A stretch of DNA of 63,233 bases, the filler included. It is 5 parts of 5 records of this genome, joined end to end, with 100 filler letters (N's around TTAATTAATTAA, not from the genome) between each part and the next. Parts side by side here need not be neighbours in the genome. Positions count along the whole stretch, not along the records: positions 12,695 to 33,354 come from DRR723986_6510; 4 more parts are not named here. One strand, given 5' to 3'. Shown one piece after another: positions 17,622 to 26,905 of the stretch. The notes under the pieces were generated by a model. It was not told the DNA's origin and ran no database searches. It saw only the letters and a program-made list of their open reading frames with translations. Both the position numbers and the translations under genes were made by a program. Every line of letters begins with the position of its first letter. Within the stretch, counting starts at the first letter, position 1.

Positions 17622-18474
17622 GATGGAGACTCCATGTTAGACTTATGGAACGAGATTTTAGAATATGGAAGTAAAGCTACTACTTCATTTTATGCAGTGT
17701 TTCCCGGACAAGGCCAGATGCAAGTATGCGTGAATTCACAGTAGAATTTATTTTACCACTGAGGTTCACCTGCGAAGAAAAACCAATAGTCAAGCAAGTA
17801 ATTATGTTAACTACGCTGGACGGTACGATGATACACCGTTTTGAGTTTATGGCTCTAAACTGCGGAGTTTTCGCGGTTGTTACGATTGCCGGAAACAATC
17901 GCTCTACTTAACACTTGGTTGACGGCGGTTCGGCAGGGCTGATTCTGCCAGAGCGTGATGCTGTCACGCTCTACAACATGTTGAATCGAGTGGAGCAGCG
18001 TTTGATTCAGCCGGCAATTGCATAAGTGCAATATTGGTGTCGGCTTATGTTGTGATTAATCTGGTCGATATTCGAACAACGTGTTCCGTCAAGCGAGTGT
18101 TTAATAGTTGGCGTTCAAAAGGCCGTCAAAAAAATTGGTTCGTTTCGAATGGCCAATATAACAAGCTCGCAATATCGGCGCAAATAATTCAACACTGAAA
18201 ACTAATTTTCCACTTAATTTATTCCCTAAAGTTCACCTTGGCAGATAAAGCCATTTTTGTTAGTTGTTGTGTGTCGGCTTAGGATGTTTTGATGTCGCCT
18301 GGCTTGCCAGGCTTCAAACGCACTTGAGGATACCACATTTCTGAGCTGACAGCATTCACTTGCTTCCTGAGCAGTTCTCCTGCACACTTCCAAGCTGCCT
18401 GCAACGTCCACGCCCAGTATCTAGCGATCTATTGTCCGCGTGGAAACGGGGCTGACTGAAGGATCTGGGCACAT

Positions 18475-19080
18475 ATGCTTTTTGATGAGAGGATCTTCCT
18501 GCACGCATTGTACGTGGCGTTTGTCTACGCCTGTCTGGCGTTTGGTGCCACCTGGTACCGCCAGATTGTAGACAACATGGAAATCCGCAAGATTCATCTG
18601 GGAGAGGACATCTACTACACCTACGATCCTTTGCTGCTCGTGCTGATCGTGGGATTGATTGCCGTATTCCTTATCTTTGCTATTCTGTGCCTGTTCGCGT
18701 GGAGTCCCACAATCTTTGCATACGTCATGCCGTTGGCCGTGCTGGTCAACGTCTTCCAGATTTCACTGCGAGCGCACTTCCAGCGTATGAACATCAGAAC
18801 CCTTGGTTTGGTAGGGCGCAACGTCTTCAACGGAAAGTTTGAAGCCGTGGAGTATAAAAACGTCATGTTGGGTGAAATACAGCGCGAAATGCTGTGGGAC
18901 CTGCTGACACTACATTATACGACGCCGGAAGATCCAGAGAAGATTCTGCAGTTCAGGCGCCGCGTCTCACATTTTGCACGTGAACGCGTCGTCAACATCG
19001 TGGAGTCATCGACCGACGCCAAGATTTTCCGTGACGGCTCGGAATCGGGTGACGGCGATTTTTTGAAAGACATTTCCTAA
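18475..19080 (+). CDS. Hypothetical membrane protein (~3 TM plus soluble C-terminal domain)
   Basis: 201-aa ATG ORF with hydrophobic segments, codirectional with the downstream genes. Confidence 0.7.
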   Translation: MLFDERIFLHALYVAFVYACLAFGATWYRQIVDNMEIRKIHLGEDIYYTYDPLLLVLIVGLIAVFLIFAILCLFAWSPTIFAYVMPLAVLVNVFQISLRAHFQRMNIRTLGLVGRNVFNGKFEAVEYKNVMLGEIQREMLWDLLTLHYTTPEDPEKILQFRRRVSHFARERVVNIVESSTDAKIFRDGSESGDGDFLKDIS

Positions 19081-19118
19081 TGCCGCTCAGGCAGGTATCG
19101 TTGAATACAGAGTGCACT

Positions 19119-20477
19119 ATGAAAACTTCGATCAGGATAGCTTCCGGACAGGGATTTTGGGGTGATTTGCTGACGGCACCGTTGCAACAGGTTTCGCGCG
19201 GCGAAGTCGATTATCTGATGATGGACTATCTGGCGGAAGTCACGATGTCTATCATGCAAAAACAGAAGAACAAGAATCCCGAGTTTGGATATGCGCGTGA
19301 CTTGGTCGATACCTGTGCCGAGGTTGCACCGTACCTCAAGAGCCGCGGCATCAAAATGATCACCAATGGCGGTGGGGTCAACCCCATAGCTGCCCGCGAC
19401 GCAATTATTAAACGACTGCGTGCCGACGGAATCACCGGCCTCAAGATTGGTATCGTCACCGGCGACGACATTCTGGACCGCATCGAAGATTTGGTTGGCG
19501 AGGGCCACGAGCTTAAGCACATGGAAACCGGTGTGCCGATCCACGAGGTTCGCGACAAAATTCTGAGTGCCAATGTCTACCTGGGAGCATTCCCGATTGT
19601 AGAGGCGCTGCGTCAGGGAGCTGATATTGTCATTACTGGCCGCACGACGGACCCCGGCATGACGCTGGCGCCAATGATTCACGAATTTGGCTGGAGTGCT
19701 GATGACTGGGACAAACTCTCAGCAGGCACAGTTGCCGGGCACATCAACGAGTGCGGCGGGCAGGCAAGCGGTGGTAATTTCCTGGGAGACTGGCGTTCGA
19801 TTGAAAATCTCGACGACATCGGATTCCCAATTATCGAAGCTTCACCCGACGGCAGTTTTGTCGTCACCAAACACGCCGGTACCGGCGGCCGCGTAAGTCG
19901 TGAAACCGTTGCCGAGCAGCTGTTATATGAAATTGGCGATCCGAGCGATTACATTACGCCGGACTGTGTAGCGGACTTCACATCCATCAAATTGGAAGAC
20001 CTTGGGAACGATCGCGTACGTGTTCATGGTATAACCGGGAAGCCGGCTACGCCTTTCTACAAAGTCTCGGCCAGTTACGAAGACGGCTACTCAGCTTTTG
20101 GCTCCCTTACCTATACTGCGCCTGATGCACTTGAAAAAGCACAGGCTGCCGACCGTATTCTGCGCAAGCGCATGGAAACGCTGGGGCTGGACTTTGAGGA
20201 AATTCGTACAGAATTTGTAGGCTATAATGCCTGCTACGGCGCCATGGCGCCTGAGATTGTGCCAAATGAAGTCATGTTGCGCATTGGTGTTCGTGGCCAA
20301 AGCTACAAGCACATCGACCGCTTTGGCAAAGAAATTGCGCCGCTGATTCTGACTGGACCACCTAGTGTTACCGGTTTTGCGGGCGGACGTCCCAAACCGA
20401 GCCAGGTGGTGGCATATTTCCCGGCACTTATTGATAAATCTGTTATCAAAACTTCAATTTCCGTAGCGGAAATCTGA
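19119..20477 (+). CDS. AtuA / DUF1446 family protein (acyclic terpene utilisation-like)
   Basis: IRIASGQGFWGD, DYLAEVTMSI, ANVYLGA, GADIVITGRTTD, AGHINECGGQASGGN, EQLLYEIGDP motifs; ATG 19119 preferred. Confidence 0.9.
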   Translation: MKTSIRIASGQGFWGDLLTAPLQQVSRGEVDYLMMDYLAEVTMSIMQKQKNKNPEFGYARDLVDTCAEVAPYLKSRGIKMITNGGGVNPIAARDAIIKRLRADGITGLKIGIVTGDDILDRIEDLVGEGHELKHMETGVPIHEVRDKILSANVYLGAFPIVEALRQGADIVITGRTTDPGMTLAPMIHEFGWSADDWDKLSAGTVAGHINECGGQASGGNFLGDWRSIENLDDIGFPIIEASPDGSFVVTKHAGTGGRVSRETVAEQLLYEIGDPSDYITPDCVADFTSIKLEDLGNDRVRVHGITGKPATPFYKVSASYEDGYSAFGSLTYTAPDALEKAQAADRILRKRMETLGLDFEEIRTEFVGYNACYGAMAPEIVPNEVMLRIGVRGQSYKHIDRFGKEIAPLILTGPPSVTGFAGGRPKPSQVVAYFPALIDKSVIKTSISVAEI

Positions 20478-20595
20478 TAGGAGTGGGGCGTGTTTCTACC
20501 TTTTCTGGTGCGCGTTGCCACGCTATTTTGATTGCGGCAACAACACTCCCGGAACACGACAATTAACCCTTCTCCGAACGTTTAACTCCTGCGGT

Positions 20596-21729
20596 ATGGT
20601 CCCAACACTTTTCCGTTCTGTGGTATTCCTTTGCCTGCTCTGCTCCAGCGTGTCAGTTTGTCATGCCCAGGATGCAGAAGATGAAGAGCCACTCCCAGCC
20701 GGTGATGCGGTCGCAGTTGATACGCTCAACACTTCCGTCCTGGTTGCAGCAGTTCCAGTTGTTCGCGATACATTGGCAACTGACAGTGTGGCCTTTGTGC
20801 TAACGCAATCCGGATCCAGCCCTCAGCAAGGCGAAGACCGCTTAATTGCTCCCGAAGACTTCTTGTTTGCCGGAACTCCGCGCTACACGATTTCCGGGAG
20901 CCGACCCTTTGCCGAAACCTCGGTTGGTCTTGTACCGACCTTGATTGTTGGAACCACTGTGGCTGCAGCTTCGATTGGGCTTCACATTCATCAGGCTAAT
21001 GCCTGGTGGGCGGACCAGCGCGGTGAATTTCACTTTCAGGACGACTGGGATTATGCCTTGCAGGCTGATAAGGCCGGGCACTTTGTAGCCGGCCACGCAC
21101 TCGCATATTTCAGCGGCGAAGCATTGATGGAGTCGGGTTTCAGCTATGAAGCCGCCACCTGGACGGGTGCGGCGCTGGGCCTGGTTTATCATACTTATGT
21201 GGAAGTCCAGGATGGGTATGCCAGGGACTGGGGTTTTAGTCCTTCGGACATGGGTGCAAATGCACTTGGCTCTACATATTACATTCTGCAGTACTACATC
21301 CCTGAACTGCAGAACTTTCAACCCAAATGGCAGTACATACCGGCGGAGTGGACCGGCGAACTTCCGATTCCACGCGCTACGGCTGTTTTTGACGACTATT
21401 CCTCGTCAACGTTCTTTATGTCGGTCAACATGCATCGTGTGCTTCCCGGATCAGTTGGTGAGCACTGGCCCGCATGGCTCAATCTGGCAGTTGGATATGG
21501 TGTTCGTGAAGTCGGCTACGAGCCGGCGCGTTTGCCAACCAGCCGATTTGTGATAGCACTTGACTACAACATGAATGAATTGCTGCCCAAAGGCCCAGGC
21601 TTCTGGAATTGGATTCGGCAGTCCATGAACTTTATCAAGTTTCCCGCTCCGGCCCTTGAAATTGGTCCGGTTACGCGGTTTCGCTTAATGTATCCGTTCG
21701 AATTTTCCATCTCGGACTTCAAGTTCTAA
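20596..21729 (+). CDS. DUF2279/YfiM-family exported protein
   Basis: Signal peptide; QADKAGH, EVQDGY, WGFSPSDMGANALG, DDYSSSTFFMSVN, WLNLAVGYG, IKFPAPALE motifs. Confidence 0.8.
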   Translation: MVPTLFRSVVFLCLLCSSVSVCHAQDAEDEEPLPAGDAVAVDTLNTSVLVAAVPVVRDTLATDSVAFVLTQSGSSPQQGEDRLIAPEDFLFAGTPRYTISGSRPFAETSVGLVPTLIVGTTVAAASIGLHIHQANAWWADQRGEFHFQDDWDYALQADKAGHFVAGHALAYFSGEALMESGFSYEAATWTGAALGLVYHTYVEVQDGYARDWGFSPSDMGANALGSTYYILQYYIPELQNFQPKWQYIPAEWTGELPIPRATAVFDDYSSSTFFMSVNMHRVLPGSVGEHWPAWLNLAVGYGVREVGYEPARLPTSRFVIALDYNMNELLPKGPGFWNWIRQSMNFIKFPAPALEIGPVTRFRLMYPFEFSISDFKF

Positions 21730-21745
21730 CGATATTTGTGCGCAG

Positions 21746-22600
21746 ATGATCTATTACACCTACGAAATGGTGACGAGCGAGGTCTCTCCGACCGTCAGAA
21801 TTCAAACCCGCAAGCGGACCAGCCAGGAAGCGCCGCGCGAAGGGCTTGCAGCCATACTTGGCCGTCCACTTGTCAGTGTGGTTGTGCCCGTCTATCAGGA
21901 AGAAAAACTATTGCGTTCAACGCTCGAAGTCCTGACAAAAGAGCTGCGCCGCAAGTTCGACTTTGAAGTCATCGTCAGTGACGGCGGTAGCACGGACCGC
22001 ACCGTTGAAATCGCTGAAGAGTTTGCCGATAAAATTGTATTACACGAATTGGACAGGCGCCAAACCATCGCTGAAGGCCGCAATGCCGGAGCCGCAGTTG
22101 CCGAGGGTGACCTGATCGTATTTCTGAACGGCGATACCCTGCCTGCCGATCCAGAATCATTTTTTGCAGATATCCATCAATGGTCCATGCAGCCCAACCC
22201 CGACGGGATTGTGGCACTGGCCTGCGCCGTCCAGGTGGCTCCACATGAGCGCACAATGGGTGACCGCATGTTCCACACCTTTTTTAATTCCTACGTGCGT
22301 CTTCTGAATCTGGTGGGACTTGGAATGGGGCGTGGCGAATGCCAAATTGTACGCACATGGGCATTTAGAATGGTGAGCGGCTACAACCCCACCATTTCGG
22401 CCGGGGAAGACTTTGACCTTTTCCGCCGCCTGGCGCGCATAGGACGGATTGGCCAGCGCCCGGCAGGGCTCGTATATGAGTCGCCGCGACGCTTCCGCAA
22501 ATATGGATATGCACGGATTTTGGCTGAGTGGTGCATCAATGCCGTCTCGGTCATGATTCGCAAGAAAGCAGTCTCAGACGAATGGGAAGCCGTTCGTTAA
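21746..22600 (+). CDS. GT2-family glycosyltransferase
   Basis: VSVVVPVYQEE, VIVSDGGSTDRT, GRNAGA, FLNGD, GEDFDL, ESPRRF. Confidence 0.9.
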   Translation: MIYYTYEMVTSEVSPTVRIQTRKRTSQEAPREGLAAILGRPLVSVVVPVYQEEKLLRSTLEVLTKELRRKFDFEVIVSDGGSTDRTVEIAEEFADKIVLHELDRRQTIAEGRNAGAAVAEGDLIVFLNGDTLPADPESFFADIHQWSMQPNPDGIVALACAVQVAPHERTMGDRMFHTFFNSYVRLLNLVGLGMGRGECQIVRTWAFRMVSGYNPTISAGEDFDLFRRLARIGRIGQRPAGLVYESPRRFRKYGYARILAEWCINAVSVMIRKKAVSDEWEAVR

Positions 22601-22662
22601 GCCGATTTTCGCCGGGCGTCTGGTATGATACCCGGCCTTCAGTACAAACTCAGGAACTTCGC

Positions 22663-23649
22663 ATGAGCAGCTACAAGGATGCGGGCGTAGACGTACGCGC
22701 CGGTGAAGAAACCGTAGACAGAATCAAACCATTGATTCGCTCCACACATTCACCTCAAGTACTTTCAGACATCGGGCACTTTGGTGGGATGTTTGACGCT
22801 TCCTTCAAAGAGTTTGAACATCCAGTTCTCGTCACCAGCATGGACGGTGTAGGTACTAAACTCAAAGTTGCCTTCATGACCGGCAAACACAATACCGTCG
22901 GCCACTGCCTGGTGAATCACTGTGTTAACGACATCCTGGTTTGCGGTGCCAAGCCGCTCTACTTTACCGACTACTTTGCCACGGGAAAACTGGAGCCGGG
23001 AGTAACCGAAAAGGTCATCGAAGGCTGTGTGAACGGCTGCCTGGAAAATGGCGTAGCACTCGTTGGCGGGGAAACGGCGGAGATGCCGTCCATGTATAGC
23101 GACGGCGAATACGACATGGCGGGCACGATTGTGGGCGTCGTTGAAAAATCGCGCGTCCTGACTGGTGAAAACATCTCCGCAGGAGATGTCATGCTCGGAT
23201 TGCCTTCCAGCGGATTGCACACCAACGGGTATTCGCTGGCGCGCGCCGTGCTTTTCCCCGAATACGCCCCCGAGCGTCATGTGGAATCACTCGGTACTAC
23301 GGTGGGTGAAGCCATGTTGGCAATTCACCGCAGTTATCTGAATCCGGTCTGGCCTTTGCTGGATCAGTCTTTAGTTAAAGGTTTGGCGCACATAACTGGC
23401 GGCGGCATCGAAGGTAATACGAAACGGATTGTGCCGGACGGGCTGGGGATGGACATCAATTGGAACTCGTGGCACGAGCCGCCAATTTTTGAGCTGATCC
23501 GTTCTGTCGGTAAAATTGAAGAGGCCGACATGCGTGAGGCCTTTAACCTTGGAGTGGGCCTGATCATTATTGCCACGCCGGAAAATGCGGCAACGATTAA
23601 ACAGCAATGCTCTGAAGCATTTGAAATGGGTAAGATCGTCAAGGCCTGA
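22663..23649 (+). CDS. purM: Phosphoribosylformylglycinamidine cyclo-ligase (AIR synthetase)
   Basis: YKDAGVD, DGVGTK, VNDILVCGAKPL, GGETAEMP, SSGLHTNGYSLAR, AHITGGG. Confidence 0.97.
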   Translation: MSSYKDAGVDVRAGEETVDRIKPLIRSTHSPQVLSDIGHFGGMFDASFKEFEHPVLVTSMDGVGTKLKVAFMTGKHNTVGHCLVNHCVNDILVCGAKPLYFTDYFATGKLEPGVTEKVIEGCVNGCLENGVALVGGETAEMPSMYSDGEYDMAGTIVGVVEKSRVLTGENISAGDVMLGLPSSGLHTNGYSLARAVLFPEYAPERHVESLGTTVGEAMLAIHRSYLNPVWPLLDQSLVKGLAHITGGGIEGNTKRIVPDGLGMDINWNSWHEPPIFELIRSVGKIEEADMREAFNLGVGLIIIATPENAATIKQQCSEAFEMGKIVKA

Positions 23650-23963
23650 TGTTGTTGCCGGGCTGCGGGGAGTATCGCCTGCTGGTTGAAGCTCGATTCT
23701 AAGCGGGGCGCTGGAATGGCTGCAGATGTGCAGCTGTGGCAGTGCCCTTTTTCGTCTTGTGAAGCGTGGCTGCTGTGCTGTGATAATACCCGGCTTCAGC
23801 TCTGGCTTGGACAAGCCGGGCGTGGGTGTGCAGCAGGCCGAACCCAAACTCAGAGCTTGCCAGGTATCGATATCGGCTTACAACACCGATAATCGTGTGG
23901 GTACTACTATCCAACGTACAGCATGCCACCCTAGTGCAGCCCAGCGGGTGAGCTTCAGGAGCT

Positions 23964-26729
23964 GTGTGCACATGTGTTACTTTTTTGTCAATTCTCGACT
24001 TATCCGATAGACGGAGCCCGACTCTGACTGAATCCGCGCACGTATATAACCGCGATCACTCTCTGGAATTGCTGAAGGGCACCTTTGGCCATTCTACATT
24101 TCGCGCGGGCCAGGAAGAAATCATCCAGTCGATTGTGGAAGGTCAGGATACACTTGCCGTCATGCCGACAGGTGGTGGTAAATCACTTTGTTACCAACTT
24201 CCGGCACTATTGTGCCCCGGCATAGCCCTCGTGGTTTCCCCGCTTATTGCTTTGATGCAGGATCAGGTTGATTCTCTCAAACGCGCCGGCGTAGCCGCCG
24301 AATTCATCAACAGCACATTAAATGGCGGCGAGATTCGCCGGCGCCTGATGGCCGCTCAGCGTGGTGAACTGGCCATGCTCTATGTTGCCCCTGAGCGACT
24401 GGCCACAAGCAGCTTCCTGCGCGAACTGGGCGCGCTCAAACTCTCCTTCCTCGCCATTGATGAAGCCCACTGTATCTCCGAATGGGGCCATGATTTCCGT
24501 CCTTCCTATCACACCCTGGCCGACGTTAACGAATCGCTCGGACGTTTGCCGGTAATTGCACTGACGGCAACGGCGACGCCGGAAGTCCGAGAGGACATCA
24601 CCGAACGCCTGCGCATGAATGCGCCGCGCCACTTCGTGCGCGGTTTTGACCGGCCGAATCTGCGCTTTAGAATAGAACGCGAAAAAATAAAGACGCCGCG
24701 TGTGCTGGACATTTGTGTCGGCTCCGGCGGCAGTAACATCATCTACTGTGGTTCCCGCAAACGCGTGGATGAGATGACGCGGGAGCTTAAGAGCTACAAG
24801 CTGAGCGTAACAGCATACCACGCCGGCTTGAGTGATACAGTCCGCAAAAAAGCATTGGAAGATTTCCTGGAAGGCCGCATTTCCACGATCGTAGCAACGA
24901 ATGCTTTCGGGATGGGCGTTGATAAATCCAACGTACGGCATGTGATTCACTGCGATCTGCCGCTGACTCTGGAAGCCTATTATCAGGAAGCCGGCCGTGC
25001 AGGCCGTGACGGCAAACCCTCCGACTGTACAATCATCTACGACAGCAAAGACCGCGGCCTGCCGATGTTTTTTCTGCAGTGCGCACATCCCGAGAAAGCT
25101 GAAATAGCCCAGGTGTACGAGCTGCTCTACGATGTTGCCGATACAGGTGTTGGTACGCGTGCCGCTTCAGCCGTTTATTTGGATGAAGCTCAAATTGGCA
25201 ATCGCCTGGGAATGCATCGCGCCAAAGTGACGAGCGTGCTTTCACTGCTGGAGCGCGGCAATATTCTGCGGCGCTCAACAGCTCATGGGCAGGCTACGTT
25301 GCAGTTTTCCGTGTCGCGCGCACGCCTGGAGGAATATCACAGGAATACACCCGACCGCGCACGCAAAGAAGTACTGATTGCACTCGTCAGAAGCATTGGA
25401 GCTGAAGCGCTGGAGCGTCCGGTAGAGTTTGACCCTGGGTTTCTGGCGCGTAAGTACAGCCTGCAATACGATGATGTCAATGCTACGCTGCGGGCTCTGC
25501 AATACGCACGCATGATCCATTTGGAACAGGCGGGTGCACGTAGTGGCATATCCCTGCTGGCAGAACGAATGCGCTTTGAACAGCTCCCGATAGATTGGGA
25601 ACACGTGGAACGCCGCCGCGACCACGCCTTCAAAAAGTTTTTTGTGGTGATGCGTTACGTCGAAACGCGTAGCTGCAAGCGCGACTACTTGCTCGAATAT
25701 TTTGGTGAAAAGGCGCCGGACGCGAAATGTGGTGTTTGCAGCGCCTGTGTGGCGCGCGGCAAAAGCCCCGCCAAACGTTCCAAGCGTTCCGAATTTCTGC
25801 TGCACTCTGTTCTCAGTGCTGTGCGCGACCTGGATGGGCGTTTTGGACGCAACATGTTGGCCAGTGTGCTGCGTGGCGAAAAAAGCGCACGGATCATGAA
25901 CCACAAATTGCATACCAGGCCGTCCTTTGGGATTTGCAGCGAATTCTCCCAGAAAGCGATTCTGGGCGGAATTGACGAAGCGATTGCCGACGGCCTGCTG
26001 CGTCAGACTACAGACTTGCGCCCCACGGTCAGTTTAACAGCAGAAGGGAAAGCAATGCTGCCGGCGGCGCATGCGCGCCCGTCAGCTGCCGCAGCGAAAA
26101 AATCACCGCGCCGTTCCGGCGCTTCACGCGACGAATCGGCAATAATTGAGTCGGGTAGTGAAACTACGGACGATCTCCTGCGCGCCTGCCGCGCGCTGCG
26201 CGTGGAACTGGCCTCACGCAAAGGTGTAGCGCCGCGTGCAATCATCGATGACGCCACGCTTGAGTGGCTCGTCTCCAAACGGCCGACCTCACGCGCCAAG
26301 TTGGCGGGAGTCAACGGAATCGGGCCGCTCTTCGTTAGCCGCTATGGCGATGACTTTCTGCGAGTGATCCGCGGTGAGACTACACAGGAAGAACCTGCGC
26401 CGGAGACGAAGCTGCCCAAACGTCTGCAGAAGCTGGCGCGTCTGGCCGGACAGGGGCGCGCGATTGCGACAATTGCCAATGAGACAGGTGTGAGCCTCGG
26501 CATCGCTGCGCGCGGGGTTCAGGAATTGCTGGAACGCGGCATAAGTCTTGAGCGCAAAAGTTTTGTAGAAGATGAACTACTCGAAGCTGTTCAGGTGTTT
26601 CTACAATCAAACCCGAACGCAAATATCAAAGAAGTGCGCCGCGAAATCAGCGTAAAAGCCGACGCGGCCAGCGTACGCCTGGCAATTGCTTTTGCAAGGC
26701 GAGCGCAGAGTACGCCCGATTACATGTGA
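23964..26729 (+). CDS. recQ: RecQ-family ATP-dependent DNA helicase (start uncertain, probably somewhat downstream)
   Basis: MPTGGGKSLCYQ, DEAHCISEWGHDFRP, ALTATA, ATNAFGMGVDK, QEAGRAGRDG; Zn site C...CGVC..C; RQC and HRDC-like regions. Confidence 0.92.
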   Translation: MCTCVTFLSILDLSDRRSPTLTESAHVYNRDHSLELLKGTFGHSTFRAGQEEIIQSIVEGQDTLAVMPTGGGKSLCYQLPALLCPGIALVVSPLIALMQDQVDSLKRAGVAAEFINSTLNGGEIRRRLMAAQRGELAMLYVAPERLATSSFLRELGALKLSFLAIDEAHCISEWGHDFRPSYHTLADVNESLGRLPVIALTATATPEVREDITERLRMNAPRHFVRGFDRPNLRFRIEREKIKTPRVLDICVGSGGSNIIYCGSRKRVDEMTRELKSYKLSVTAYHAGLSDTVRKKALEDFLEGRISTIVATNAFGMGVDKSNVRHVIHCDLPLTLEAYYQEAGRAGRDGKPSDCTIIYDSKDRGLPMFFLQCAHPEKAEIAQVYELLYDVADTGVGTRAASAVYLDEAQIGNRLGMHRAKVTSVLSLLERGNILRRSTAHGQATLQFSVSRARLEEYHRNTPDRARKEVLIALVRSIGAEALERPVEFDPGFLARKYSLQYDDVNATLRALQYARMIHLEQAGARSGISLLAERMRFEQLPIDWEHVERRRDHAFKKFFVVMRYVETRSCKRDYLLEYFGEKAPDAKCGVCSACVARGKSPAKRSKRSEFLLHSVLSAVRDLDGRFGRNMLASVLRGEKSARIMNHKLHTRPSFGICSEFSQKAILGGIDEAIADGLLRQTTDLRPTVSLTAEGKAMLPAAHARPSAAAAKKSPRRSGASRDESAIIESGSETTDDLLRACRALRVELASRKGVAPRAIIDDATLEWLVSKRPTSRAKLAGVNGIGPLFVSRYGDDFLRVIRGETTQEEPAPETKLPKRLQKLARLAGQGRAIATIANETGVSLGIAARGVQELLERGISLERKSFVEDELLEAVQVFLQSNPNANIKEVRREISVKADAASVRLAIAFARRAQSTPDYM

Positions 26730-26905
26730 ATGTCTGCTCCGGGGCTCCTCCGGTGTTACTCCGGGGCTGCCAGGGGACTACTTTGAGCCCGGGTGCGCTG
26801 AATTTAGCGGCCTGTAGCGGAACAATTCACGTGGAGAGCGTATCCAAGCGGCGGTACGCGTGTTAAAACGTGCAGATGGACGACACAAAACGAAAGAACC
26901 ACAGA

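Noticed and set aside
17680-17911. Short ORFs upstream of the CPPxC gene as extra peptide genes
   Set aside because: They overlap on opposite strands and lack a clear RBS or motif; cannot be supported without ribosome profiling.
26736-26779. Degenerate 11-bp repeats (gctccggggct-like) after recQ
   Set aside because: Short and degenerate, with no evidence of function.
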